Made by a program: the position numbers and the translations under genes
Origin: Nanobdellota archaeon
GTDB lineage: Archaea; Nanobdellota; Nanobdellia; Pacearchaeales; GW2011-AR1
DNA: 35,081 nt
Assembly (NCBI GenBank): GCA_030704765.1
Contig: JAUYDD010000164.1
Coordinates: forward strand, 1 to 35,081
Direction of reading: 5' to 3'
Part shown: positions 1 to 9,833 of the stretch, piece by piece
How positions within the stretch are numbered: position 1 is the first letter of the stretch
Layout of the letters: each line of letters starts with the position of its first letter
The notes under the pieces: generated by a model
Database searches by the model: none
Told to the model about the DNA's origin: nothing
The model's input: the letters and a program-made list of their open reading frames with translations, nothing else

Positions 1-62
1 AAATTTCTGAGCGCACCCAAAAAACTTCTGAAAGTTTTTTAGTGTGCTCCAAAATGCCTTCT
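1..62. repeat. 62-bp terminal direct repeat, left copy
   Basis: Bases 1-62 are identical to 35020-35081 by direct comparison. Confidence 0.97.
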
Positions 63-139
63 CTTTCTATCCATTAAAATAGATAGGTATGAGAAGAGCA
101 TTTTGGACATCTTAAAAGATGAAGTTTATTTTCCGACAT
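9..139 (+). repeat. Tandem palindromic cassettes; continuation of the composite repeat at the right end
   Basis: gagcgcac..aaaaaactt/aagtttttt..gtgtgctc hairpin (9-49); tccaaaatgc/gcattttgga hairpin (48-107) with inner TAAA-loop stem (66-87); 108-139 pairs with 34925-34954. Confidence 0.8.
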
Positions 140-180
140 AAAAAAAGTTTAGATATTTATTATATTCAAAAGAAGATAAT

Positions 181-188
181 TTTAAATA
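181..188 (+). promoter_or_regulatory. Archaeal TATA box (tttaaata), probable leaderless promoter
   Basis: 21 nt upstream of ATG 210. The same spacing recurs at 4393-4400, 8243-8250, 10717-10724 and 33243-33250. Confidence 0.6.
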
Positions 189-209
189 GGATATAAAATA
201 TAGCTTAAA

Positions 210-1289
210 ATGACAAGAAAGTTATGTGTATTTTCGTTTAGTTATGCACCAAACAAAAAAGCTATGCTTGATTATTTAGAAAAAATATTTCCAAGAGAAG
301 TTGAAATGTTTCTTTTCACTACAAAAGAGTATGCTAAAGATTTTGAAAAATGTGATTATAAAAAAATTAAAGTATTAGAAAATAAATCAAACAGATTAAC
401 GAGTTTTTTTTATTTACGTAAATTTTGTAAAGAAAATTCTATTGATAGAATAATCAACATAGGTACCTTGCCTTATGAAGCTTTTCCAATGATATTTTCT
501 AGCATTTTTACAAAAACTGAAACTTTGGTCTTTCATCTTGGAAATCCTATTGAATGCCTTAAGGTAGGTAATATAAAAAACCGTATTTATGCTATATTTG
601 AAGCTTTTTTTGATTTCACATTATCATTATTTCCTAAAAAAATACTTTTGTGTACTAAAGAACTTACTAATGATTCTAAAAAAATATTGTTTTTTTCTAA
701 AAATAAGATTTTTTATCTAGCTCCAACAATACCAACCTCTTTTTTTAAACCCTTAAACAAACAAAAAACAAGAAAGAAACTGGGTTTTAAAACTAAAGAC
801 AAGATAATAATATTTGCTGGAAGAGTGCATTATCTCAAAGGTTCTGATTTTTTAATTGATGCTATAAAAAATAATCCAGATAAAAAATTTATTGTCATAG
901 GAAAAATAATAGATAAAAAATTTCTTAAAGAAAAATTTGAAAATATTATTCATATTGAATCTTTATCCCATGAAGAACTTGTGAAATATTATAATATTTC
1001 TGATCTTTGTTTATTTCCAAGCAGATTAGAGGGATTAGCTTTGGTTCCCCGAGAAGCTATGTCCTGTAGTACTCCTGCAATAGTCTTAGATAATAAAAGC
1101 TTTGAATCTATAGAAAAAACAATAAAAGTTCCAGCGGTCTCAAAAGAGATAAATAGAGCTATTGATAGTTTTTTTAACTTATCAAAAAAACAGATAAATC
1201 TGATCTCAAAAGATTCAAGAGACTTCATTATAAAAGAATATGATGATTTAGTATGGAAAGATTTATATGTTGATTATATCTTAAACTAA
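210..1289 (+). CDS. Glycosyltransferase family 4 (GT-B)
   Basis: C-terminal GT4 motifs: IIFAGR..KG, PSRLEGLALVPREAMSCSTP (E-x7-E). Confidence 0.9.
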   Translation: MTRKLCVFSFSYAPNKKAMLDYLEKIFPREVEMFLFTTKEYAKDFEKCDYKKIKVLENKSNRLTSFFYLRKFCKENSIDRIINIGTLPYEAFPMIFSSIFTKTETLVFHLGNPIECLKVGNIKNRIYAIFEAFFDFTLSLFPKKILLCTKELTNDSKKILFFSKNKIFYLAPTIPTSFFKPLNKQKTRKKLGFKTKDKIIIFAGRVHYLKGSDFLIDAIKNNPDKKFIVIGKIIDKKFLKEKFENIIHIESLSHEELVKYYNISDLCLFPSRLEGLALVPREAMSCSTPAIVLDNKSFESIEKTIKVPAVSKEINRAIDSFFNLSKKQINLISKDSRDFIIKEYDDLVWKDLYVDYILN

Positions 1290-1364
1290 ACAATGCATTT
1301 TATTGACAGGATTTATAAACAAAAAAGATTAGGATAAAAAGATGAATAAAAAATTAGTCTTTGT

Positions 1365-2012
1365 TTATTTATTTATTTTATGATGTTTTGCAAAAATCAT
1401 CATAGTATATTTTAAATGTTTTCCAAGAATATTGCATAAAATATCTTGTACTAATCTTTTAAAAGTATCTATTTTATGGAAATTAACAAAATTATATTTT
1501 TCTATTACAAAACCATGCCTATTCAGAAGTGTCTTAATTACTGTTGGAGAAAAAAATATAGTATGTTCAGAATTCACTGAAAGATCATTATTAAGTAATC
1601 TAATAATACCCCCTATTTTATAATTGAGACAAAAGATATTCGGAGTAGATATAATAAGATAACCTTCTTTTTTTAAATGCTCTTTTGCTCTATCAAGAAA
1701 AAGACCGGGATTACTCAAATGCTCTATTACATCTCCTGCAAAAATAACATCGAATCTCTTTTTATTAAACTTAAAATCCTCTGCACTCATAAAGTGCACG
1801 TCATAACCTCTTTTTTTTAGTTCTTTTATTCCCTCTTTATCTATATCTATGCCTGTAACTGATTTTGCATATTTTTTTAAAAATCCATAAATCCATATAT
1901 TCTCAGGATTATCTATAATAGTAAAATCAGTGAAACATCCTATATCTAAAACATCTTTATCTACAATATACTCATAGATTTCTCTTGATCTATCATCATT
2001 AATTTTTTCCAT
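1365..2012 (-). CDS. Class I SAM-dependent methyltransferase
   Basis: VLDIGC motif I, GIDID, FDVIFAGDVIEHL..P, GYLIISTPN. Overlaps the upstream GT4 gene by 14 bp. Confidence 0.85.
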   Translation of the reverse strand: MEKINDDRSREIYEYIVDKDVLDIGCFTDFTIIDNPENIWIYGFLKKYAKSVTGIDIDKEGIKELKKRGYDVHFMSAEDFKFNKKRFDVIFAGDVIEHLSNPGLFLDRAKEHLKKEGYLIISTPNIFCLNYKIGGIIRLLNNDLSVNSEHTIFFSPTVIKTLLNRHGFVIEKYNFVNFHKIDTFKRLVQDILCNILGKHLKYTMMIFAKHHKINK

Positions 2013-3177
2013 TTTGATAGTCTTTAACAGTATTTTTGATTATCCTATTCCACTTATATATATTTGCGTATTTTCTTATATCCTTTTTCCATGTTAAAAC
2101 CTCTTTTACACTATTAATAATATCTTCTGTATTCTTTTGCCGGATTATTGCCCCATTTATATTATTTTCCACCATTAGTGGAATTCCTCCAATGTTTGTC
2201 ACAACAACAGGAAGGTTCCTTGCAAAAGCTTCCATCACTGTTACTGGAGCTCCTTCTTTAGATGAAGGCAAAACAAGACAATCAGCTGAACTTAAATAAA
2301 GCAATTTTTTTGCCTTAAAAACCCCTCCTAAAAAATAGACATTAGATTGAGCTTTTTCTTTTGAATAATTCTCTAACGATTCTCTTTCATTTCCATAACC
2401 TAAAATATATAAGTCATGTTCTTTTAGATTCTCCATAGCAGCTATAAGATATCTTACACCTTTTACTTCACTTATCCTTCCAATATAAAGAATTATTTTT
2501 TTATCCAATGGAATTTTCAATTTTTTTCTTGCAGAATCTTTTTTTATTTTTTTAAAATATATGTCTTCTATACCCATTGTCTGAAATATTGATTTTGAAT
2601 CAGGTGCTACAGACCTTAGATAATCCAGTTCTTCATTTGAAAGAGCATAAAAAACTTTTATATTCTTTAATATAATATTTTCCCATAACTGAGCTAAAAT
2701 AAAAAATAGAAAGAAAAATCTTTTCTTTTTTGATTCTTTCAGATGTTTAAATGGAGAGCTTCCTCCATGATGTTGAGCAATAATTCTAATGTTTTTAAAA
2801 AAACTAGCAATCCATAATCCATGAAGATTATGATATTCATGCAAATGAATAACTAGGCCATAATCCTCTTTTTTACTTTTTTTTATTTCTTTTCTTAATT
2901 CTTTTAACATGGATAAGGAAAAGTCAAGCGCATATATAGGTGAAAATGTTGTTGGAAAAAACCTCAGTAAAATCCTATTCTTGGTTATTTCTTCATATTT
3001 TTTATTTAATTTTTCAGGAGCCCAACATTCTACTTCAATTTTTGGATAGTATTTTTTTAATTGTACTGCTGTCTTAAAATACCAGTCATTCAATACAATA
3101 TCAATTAAACTATCTTTTTCATTTGCAAAATATGAATGAGAAGCATGTGCAATATGAATGACTTTTAATTTATTCAT
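1999..3177 (-). CDS. Glycosyltransferase family 4
   Basis: ILYIGRISEVKG and LPSSKEGAPVTVMEAFARNLPVV motifs. Confidence 0.92.
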   Translation of the reverse strand: MNKLKVIHIAHASHSYFANEKDSLIDIVLNDWYFKTAVQLKKYYPKIEVECWAPEKLNKKYEEITKNRILLRFFPTTFSPIYALDFSLSMLKELRKEIKKSKKEDYGLVIHLHEYHNLHGLWIASFFKNIRIIAQHHGGSSPFKHLKESKKKRFFFLFFILAQLWENIILKNIKVFYALSNEELDYLRSVAPDSKSIFQTMGIEDIYFKKIKKDSARKKLKIPLDKKIILYIGRISEVKGVRYLIAAMENLKEHDLYILGYGNERESLENYSKEKAQSNVYFLGGVFKAKKLLYLSSADCLVLPSSKEGAPVTVMEAFARNLPVVVTNIGGIPLMVENNINGAIIRQKNTEDIINSVKEVLTWKKDIRKYANIYKWNRIIKNTVKDYQNGKN

Positions 3178-3208
3178 TTGACAGAAGAGAAGATAGGGGT
3201 TTATAAAA

Positions 3209-4246
3209 TTAATTGGTCTTTATAAATAGGTTTTCAGTTCTTTTAATCCAGTCTATAAGACTTTTTACACCTTCTCTTGGAAGAACTATAGGTTCCCATT
3301 TCAGATATTTTTTTGCTTTAGATATATCTGAGACATAATATCTTAAATCACCAAATCTATCGGGGCCATGTATAATATTTGATTTTTTTCCTGTTATTTC
3401 TTCTATTAATCTAATACATTCAATTAAAGAAATCATTGTTTTTTCTCCACCACCTATGTTATAGATTCCTGGAACCTGATTATTATAAAATGCGTCAAAT
3501 GCTAAAGCTACATCTGTTGCATAAAGTATATCCCTTAATTGTTTTCCTGTACCAAATATAGTCAAGGGTAATCCTAAGTAGTTTCTTATAGCAAAATTAG
3601 CTACCCATCCGTGATCTTCTCCACCAAACTGGTTTGGACCATAAATGCCTGTTAATCTAAAACTTGCTGCCTTTAATTTATATGTATCCATATAACATCT
3701 AACATAATTTTCAGCTGAGGATTTAGATGCATGCAAGGGAGTCACTACACCTTGTAATAATGCTTCTTGTTCATCTATTGTTACTGGACTTCTTACATAC
3801 CGAGTCTCTATTTCTTTTAATTCTGAATTTATTTTATCAGGACCATAACAATGAATAGAATTGCAGGAAACAATAGGAATATCGTATTTTCGTGCTGCTT
3901 CCAATACATTGAATGTTCCAATAACATTGGTTGTAAAATCTAATTCAGGGTCTTCAGAACTCAAGGTCATTGTAGGTTGTGCTGCAGTATGACTTATAAA
4001 ATCGCATCCTTTAGCATAATTCAATAGTGTTACTTTATCCCTTATATCTTCAACTACAACTTTTACACCCATAGCTTCTAATAATTTTTGATTATAGTAA
4101 CGTGATTCTGGTTTCATATAAGAATTTTTAGAAAACTCATATTTAGTAAGATTATCATAAGCTATGACTTCCCAACCTTTTTTCTTATACATCTCGCAAA
4201 TATGGCTTCCTAAAAAGCCACATCCGCCTGTAATTAAAACTTTCAT
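3209..4246 (-). CDS. NAD-dependent NDP-sugar epimerase/dehydratase, CDP-paratose 2-epimerase (RfbE/Tyv)-like, with atypical active site
   Basis: GGCGFLGS Rossmann motif, HTAAQP, NVIGTFNVLEAAR, GPNQFGGEDHGWVA and GKQLRDILY. The YxxxK position reads LHASK. Confidence 0.85.
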   Translation of the reverse strand: MKVLITGGCGFLGSHICEMYKKKGWEVIAYDNLTKYEFSKNSYMKPESRYYNQKLLEAMGVKVVVEDIRDKVTLLNYAKGCDFISHTAAQPTMTLSSEDPELDFTTNVIGTFNVLEAARKYDIPIVSCNSIHCYGPDKINSELKEIETRYVRSPVTIDEQEALLQGVVTPLHASKSSAENYVRCYMDTYKLKAASFRLTGIYGPNQFGGEDHGWVANFAIRNYLGLPLTIFGTGKQLRDILYATDVALAFDAFYNNQVPGIYNIGGGEKTMISLIECIRLIEEITGKKSNIIHGPDRFGDLRYYVSDISKAKKYLKWEPIVLPREGVKSLIDWIKRTENLFIKTN

Positions 4247-4278
4247 TTTTTTGTTTATTTTTGTTTAAAAATGGAAGA

Positions 4279-4303
4279 TCAGAAAATTTTTAATTTTCTG
4301 AGC
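4279..4303. repeat. Solo palindromic unit tcagaaaatt-ttt-aattttctga-gc
   Basis: Perfect 10-bp stem; closely resembles the unit at 35004-35031. Confidence 0.65.
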
Positions 4304-4392
4304 TTTTGGCATATATAGGTAATATTTAAATAACTTAAAAAGATTTCTATAAAATTAGAACTGCTTATTGATTTCGGATTTTATTAATCATA

Positions 4393-4400
4393 TTTATAAA
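4393..4400 (+). promoter_or_regulatory. Archaeal TATA box (tttataaa)
   Basis: 22 nt upstream of ATG 4423. Confidence 0.65.
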
Positions 4401-4422
4401 CCCATTAGTTTTTTATGGGATT

Positions 4423-5553
4423 ATGCCAAAAATGCCTTTATCCCATAAATTGAAGCTGTTTTCAAATTTTATATATGCAGGAAGATTTAGAGAAATCTAT
4501 AATATGATTTGGGTATATCCTTTATGGTGGAACAGAAAAACTGCAGCTTTTTTATTGAATAATTTTTTTCCTAAACTTGGAATAGACCTATTTCCACCGT
4601 TTCTTGAAATAGAACCAACTACAGTTTGCAATTTCAGGTGTGTCTGCTGTGAACATACTTATTGGAAAGAACCTTCTATAAACATGAGTTTTGAAAAATT
4701 TAAAAAAATTATTGATGATTTTAAGAGACCAAAATGGCTTGGATTAACTGGAATTGGTTCCTCATATCTGAATAAAGATTATCATAAGATGCTGAAATAT
4801 GCTAAATCTAAAGGAACAATAATAGAAGTATTTGATCATTTTGCGCATTTTAAGAATGATGATGAAATAAAAGAATTAATAGAAATAGGCCCTGATTTCC
4901 AGTTTGTTTCTATGTATGGCTCTAGTAAAATATCTTTTGAAAAAGTATGTGTTGGAAGTGATTTTGAAAAAATCATAAAAAATCTCAAGATATTTGTAAA
5001 GTTAAAAAAACAAATGAAAAAAAGATTTCCTATATTGAATTTCCATTATATTGTGACTAGTGAATCAAAGGATGAAATACTTGATTTTTTAGACTTAGTT
5101 CATTCTCTTAATACAGAAGTTGGAGAGATACTTGTGACTCCAATGCTCCATGGATATAAAGAAGCTAAAAAATACGAAGTTAGGATTGATCCTGATTATG
5201 TTAAAAAAGTAGAAGAAAGAGCAAAAAAATATAAAATAGCGGTAACAGTCAATATGTCAGCAAAACAAGAAGCAGAAGGCCTTATTTGCAAACCTCCAAT
5301 CAGGAATTGCAAAGAGTATATCATGCCTTTTATTTTTGTCACAGGTGATGTAACACCTTGTTGCGGTCAAAATGAAGCTAATGCAAGAGATTGGCAGAAA
5401 AACACTTCTCTTGGAAATGTGTTTGAAAGGCCATTTAAAGATATTTGGTATTCTCAAAAATATGTAAATATGAGAAAAATTATAAGAAAGAATAAAGTTC
5501 CAAAAGAATGTCTTTTATGTCCTGCTTATGATATATCTAAATTACATATATAG
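4423..5553 (+). CDS. Radical SAM protein with C-terminal SPASM/Twitch domain
   Basis: CNFRCVCC (CxxxCxxC); C-terminal C..GDVTPCC..LGN..CLLC auxiliary Fe-S pattern. Confidence 0.9.
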   Translation: MPKMPLSHKLKLFSNFIYAGRFREIYNMIWVYPLWWNRKTAAFLLNNFFPKLGIDLFPPFLEIEPTTVCNFRCVCCEHTYWKEPSINMSFEKFKKIIDDFKRPKWLGLTGIGSSYLNKDYHKMLKYAKSKGTIIEVFDHFAHFKNDDEIKELIEIGPDFQFVSMYGSSKISFEKVCVGSDFEKIIKNLKIFVKLKKQMKKRFPILNFHYIVTSESKDEILDFLDLVHSLNTEVGEILVTPMLHGYKEAKKYEVRIDPDYVKKVEERAKKYKIAVTVNMSAKQEAEGLICKPPIRNCKEYIMPFIFVTGDVTPCCGQNEANARDWQKNTSLGNVFERPFKDIWYSQKYVNMRKIIRKNKVPKECLLCPAYDISKLHI

Positions 5554-5601
5554 AAGATAAGAATAAGTAAAAAATATTATTATATTGTATTTATAAACAT
5601 T

Positions 5602-5976
5602 TTATTCTTTTGGAAGTTTATCTTTTTCTTTTCTTTTCTTGCTTTTTTCAAATACTTCTTCGAATTCTCCTTTTAAGTATTTAATAAAATCTTCTTTAAC
5701 GTCTTTTGAAATTATGTTTTGATTTACTAACTTATCAAGCGCTTCTTTTTTTTCTAATATCATGTTTAATTGTTTCATGTCCTGTTCATCAGCATAATTT
5801 CTATACATTTCTGTTAAACCCCATATAGTTAAAGGTATTCCTATTAACAAAAGAAGGTTTATAGAGCTAGAATTTACATCAGCTAAAGAAGAAAAATACC
5901 ATGCTGATCCAGTACATAAGAGGCCAAGAAAAGTGATTAAAAAGTCGTATTTTATATATTTTGGAATGTCAGCCAT
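5602..5976 (-). CDS. Hypothetical membrane protein (2 TM plus charged tail)
   Basis: Two hydrophobic segments. Start moved to ATG 5976, which follows a GAGGTG Shine-Dalgarno-like motif. Confidence 0.65.
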   Translation of the reverse strand: MADIPKYIKYDFLITFLGLLCTGSAWYFSSLADVNSSSINLLLLIGIPLTIWGLTEMYRNYADEQDMKQLNMILEKKEALDKLVNQNIISKDVKEDFIKYLKGEFEEVFEKSKKRKEKDKLPKE

Positions 5977-5984
5977 ATTCACCT

Positions 5985-6179
5985 CTACTTAGTTAATCCT
6001 ACTATAATTGCTATAATAATTAATATCCCTCCAAAAAAACTATAAGATACACTTCCTAATGATGTCATCAATTTAATTATATTGCTCTCGATTAAATAAT
6101 TGTTGAATAGAATTAATGCTACACCTATAACTGACAGAAGAATTACCCACAAACTACGCCTTGACCTCTTTCTACCCAT
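5985..6179 (-). CDS. Small hypothetical membrane protein (2 TM)
   Basis: Basic N-terminus and two hydrophobic stretches; directly upstream of 5602-5976. Confidence 0.6.
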   Translation of the reverse strand: MGRKRSRRSLWVILLSVIGVALILFNNYLIESNIIKLMTSLGSVSYSFFGGILIIIAIIVGLTK

Positions 6180-6280
6180 AAGTAAGCTATATCTTTTTAA
6201 TTTTTAAACTTACCTATTTTAACCTTATCATAATGTTGCAATGATACTATCTAATATATGGAAATTCTTGCAAAAAATAA

Positions 6281-8152
6281 TTATTTTTTCCAAACATCTT
6301 TAAATGCTTTTATCATTTTATCAGAAAAAATACCCCAGCTTAGATTCTTCTTAATGAATAAAGAGGATTTTTTTGCATCTATAGAATATTTTTTATAATT
6401 ATCATATATCTCTATTATGGATTTTGGGTAATCTTTAGTTACAATTCCCAAATTATTCTTTTTCAATATTGATGCTGCACCAAGTTCATCTGAAACAATT
6501 ATTGGATTACCTGAACATAACATTTCAAAAGGTGCAAGCCATCCTCCTTGTTTTCCAACTGGAAAAATACCTATATTCGAAGCTTTGTATAAGTCTCTTA
6601 AATCTTCTCTATTCAAGTTACCTGTAAAATAAACATATTTCTCTAATTTTTTTTCTTTTATAAAATCTTCAAGCTTCTTCATATATGATTCATCTGCTAC
6701 TTTTCCAGCAAAGACCATTAAAATATTAGGAATCTTATCTTTTACTTTTTCTATTGCTTTCAAGGAATCTAATTGATTTTTTGATTCAGTTATCATTCCA
6801 GATTGGATTATTGTAAACTTAGATTTTAGATTGAATTTTTTTATAGCATTATTCTTATTTCCTTTTGAGAAAAAATCATGATTAATACCATAATAAACTA
6901 TCTTTGGATTTTTATTATACCTTTCAATACATCTTTGTTTATTGAGTTCATCAGCAACGCAGATTATGTCAACTGAACTCCTTATTATTTTTTTATCCAT
7001 AAAATTCCTTAGTTTATTCATGATTTTCAATCTTAAGCCTGCATCAGGCTTACTCCAGAGATTAGGTGGTTCATTCAACATCCAGACACATGGTTTTTTA
7101 TATGGAAATAAAGTCCATGTCACTGGAAAATTATGGAAATTTATGACATCGTAATCTTTTTTTAATTTTCTTATTATTTTCCTATAGAGATTTATGAATT
7201 CTATTATCTCCTTTGTATTTTTAAATCCAGGGGGTTCTAAATTGATATTATGTTTGGGAATGATAATCTCTGTGTTTATCAAAAGGTTCTCTACTTCCTT
7301 AGATTTTGATAAAGCTAGAATGTCGTTTTTTATACCTTTTTTAGTTAGTTCATTTGCTAATTCTACTACTAATAGTTCTGCTCCTCCAAAGTATTTCATC
7401 TGAGTATGTACAAGCAAGACTCTAGGATTAGATTTTTTTATTGATTCTTTAGCTAGATTATAGTCCTCCTCTGTATTAATATTTACATAGCTCTTAGTGA
7501 TAGGATAGACATATACTTTTTTTCCATCATCTACAGCTACCTGTATCCAATCAACAAGCTCTTTTTCACCCCTATTAGCGTTTATTGGAGTCCTTTCAAT
7601 ATATTCAAGCATCTCGTTTTTCAATATGCAATGTCCAGTGCCTTTTATCTTGTTTATTGGTACTTTTGGTTTTTCAATCAATCTAAAGACCCTTCCTTTT
7701 TCATTAACCATAGCTGAATAAGTCTTTCCTATGCTTAATTTATCTTCTTCAAAAGTAATTCCGCATATAGCAAATAATTCATCTTTTTTGAATCTTTTAA
7801 CCATGCCTTTTATATCCGGATCAACCAATATCTCATCTGCTAACATTAATAAAAAATCTGAATCTTTAACTGCTTCTTTTGCACACTCTACTGCATTAAC
7901 AAGGCCTTTTTGTTCTTTTTGTACAACATACTTGACTTTGATTCCTTTGTATTCTGATCCTACTTGAGAAATTATTTCTTCTTTTTTATAACCTACAACT
8001 ATAATTATTTCACTTACATTAGCTTCTACTGCATGGTCTAGATTATATTCTATTAAAGGTTTTTCAAATAATTTCAAGAGACTTTTACTCTTATCATTTA
8101 TTAATTTATTTAATCTAGAACCTCTGCCACCTGCTAATATTAAGGCCTTCAT
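6281..8152 (-). CDS. Fusion of sugar-1-phosphate nucleotidyltransferase (NTP_transferase) and glycosyltransferase family 4
   Basis: N-terminal LAGGRGSRL..K..L, EKP and NINT motifs. From about aa 243 a GT4 domain (GGAELLV, GGWLAPFEMLCSGNP). Confidence 0.88.
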   Translation of the reverse strand: MKALILAGGRGSRLNKLINDKSKSLLKLFEKPLIEYNLDHAVEANVSEIIIVVGYKKEEIISQVGSEYKGIKVKYVVQKEQKGLVNAVECAKEAVKDSDFLLMLADEILVDPDIKGMVKRFKKDELFAICGITFEEDKLSIGKTYSAMVNEKGRVFRLIEKPKVPINKIKGTGHCILKNEMLEYIERTPINANRGEKELVDWIQVAVDDGKKVYVYPITKSYVNINTEEDYNLAKESIKKSNPRVLLVHTQMKYFGGAELLVVELANELTKKGIKNDILALSKSKEVENLLINTEIIIPKHNINLEPPGFKNTKEIIEFINLYRKIIRKLKKDYDVINFHNFPVTWTLFPYKKPCVWMLNEPPNLWSKPDAGLRLKIMNKLRNFMDKKIIRSSVDIICVADELNKQRCIERYNKNPKIVYYGINHDFFSKGNKNNAIKKFNLKSKFTIIQSGMITESKNQLDSLKAIEKVKDKIPNILMVFAGKVADESYMKKLEDFIKEKKLEKYVYFTGNLNREDLRDLYKASNIGIFPVGKQGGWLAPFEMLCSGNPIIVSDELGAASILKKNNLGIVTKDYPKSIIEIYDNYKKYSIDAKKSSLFIKKNLSWGIFSDKMIKAFKDVWKK

Positions 8153-8271
8153 AGCTATTTTTTAGGGTTTATTTGCTATTTAAAGTATTTATATCAATGA
8201 AAAGTTGTTTTATAAAATATATTTTAAGATATATACCAAACACTTAAAAAACATGATATTTTAAGATTTTA

Positions 8272-9819
8272 ATGTTAAAAGAAAACTTTAAAATAACTCT
8301 TGTTTCAACTGCTACTTTTCCTTCTGACCAAGGAATCAGGACAATATCAAGTGTACTTAAAAAAGCAGGTTATGATACAAAGATAATATTCCTAGCATAT
8401 TCAGAAAATTATAAAAAAATGTATCCAGACTCAGTCTTGGAAAAAGTGAAAGAATTATGCAAAGATTCAAAATTAATTGGAATTAATTCTTTTGCATCAA
8501 CAGCACCAAGAGCAGAACAAGTGATTAAAAAATTAAAAGAGCTAAATGCACCTATAATTTGGGGAGGTATACATGCTACTATCTCTCCTGAAAAATGCAT
8601 TGGACATTGCGATATTGTCTGTGTTGGAGAAGCAGAAGATGCATTTTTAGATTTAGTCAAAGCTATTCAAAAGAAAAAAAATTTCACAAAAATAAAAAAT
8701 CTATGGATAAAAAAATATAAGAAAATAATAAAAAATCCTGTCAGACCCTTACTTGATGATTTAGATTCCCTTCCTCCTGTTGATTATGATATAGAAGACC
8801 ATTATATACTCCATAATAATGATATAATTGATTTTAGAGAAGAAGATTTAGGGGGACAGATATTCTTTTTGACAGGAAGAGGATGTCCATATGGATGCTC
8901 TTACTGCAGTAATGATTTTTTCAATAAGTTATATGAAGGAAAAAGGAAAAAAATATTAAGATGGCATAGCCCGGAATATATTGTTGATTGTGTTATAAAC
9001 TTAAAAAATAGATTCAAGACTCTAAAATATTTTGATATAAGGGATGATACTTTTTCTATGCGTTCTGCAGGAGAAATAAAAAAGTTTTGTAAACTTTACA
9101 AAGAAAAAGTGGGCATGAGATTTAAATGTCTTGGAGACCCCCATACTATTACTGAAGAGAAAATCAAAGCCCTTGTTGAAGCAGGATGCACTGATATTAT
9201 TATAGGCATACAAGGTGTTGAAAGAGTCAATAAATATATATACCATAGGAATCAAACAGACAAGGATGTATTAAGAGCTTCAAAAATCATCAACAAATAT
9301 AAAGATAAACTGACTGTTATGTATGATGTCATAACGTCTAATCCTTATGAGACTTCTGATGATATAATAAACATGATAAGGCTATTGCAAAAAATACCTA
9401 AACCTTATTATCTTTCTGTTAATAATCTTGTTTTTTTCACATCAACACCTTTATATTGCAAAGCCAAGGAAGATGGCATTATACAAAAAGAAGAGGATTC
9501 TGCAGCTGATTTGAATTATTGGGATAGGGCAGCACATATTAAATTAAAAAAGAAAAACATGTATCTTAATCTTATCCTAAATATGATGAGAGGTGTAGCT
9601 ACAAAAAAAAGATATGGAATAATGCCTAATTATCTTATTAATTATCTTTTAGAAGAAGATAGAGTAAAAAGAAATCTGGAAAATACATTTCCTACATATA
9701 TAGCATTGTTCTTTGTTGGATGGAGTGATACTATAAGGGAGAGAATAGCAAAACCTCTTTATAGAAGCATGCCAGTTTCATTTAAAGCTTGGTATGATAA
9801 AGTAAGGTATAGGGTATAG
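8272..9819 (+). CDS. Cobalamin-binding radical SAM protein
   Basis: N-terminal B12-binding domain (IWGGIHAT, VCVGEAE), GRGCPYGCSYC and DDTF. TATA box at 8243-8250. Confidence 0.9.
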   Translation: MLKENFKITLVSTATFPSDQGIRTISSVLKKAGYDTKIIFLAYSENYKKMYPDSVLEKVKELCKDSKLIGINSFASTAPRAEQVIKKLKELNAPIIWGGIHATISPEKCIGHCDIVCVGEAEDAFLDLVKAIQKKKNFTKIKNLWIKKYKKIIKNPVRPLLDDLDSLPPVDYDIEDHYILHNNDIIDFREEDLGGQIFFLTGRGCPYGCSYCSNDFFNKLYEGKRKKILRWHSPEYIVDCVINLKNRFKTLKYFDIRDDTFSMRSAGEIKKFCKLYKEKVGMRFKCLGDPHTITEEKIKALVEAGCTDIIIGIQGVERVNKYIYHRNQTDKDVLRASKIINKYKDKLTVMYDVITSNPYETSDDIINMIRLLQKIPKPYYLSVNNLVFFTSTPLYCKAKEDGIIQKEEDSAADLNYWDRAAHIKLKKKNMYLNLILNMMRGVATKKRYGIMPNYLINYLLEEDRVKRNLENTFPTYIALFFVGWSDTIRERIAKPLYRSMPVSFKAWYDKVRYRV

Positions 9820-9833
9820 AATTATGTTCTTTT

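Noticed and set aside
8153..8271. Cobalamin riboswitch upstream of the B12-radical SAM genes
   Set aside because: The upstream regions (also 16052-16138 and 33217-33271) are short and AT-rich, with TATA boxes close to the ATG and no B12-box visible.
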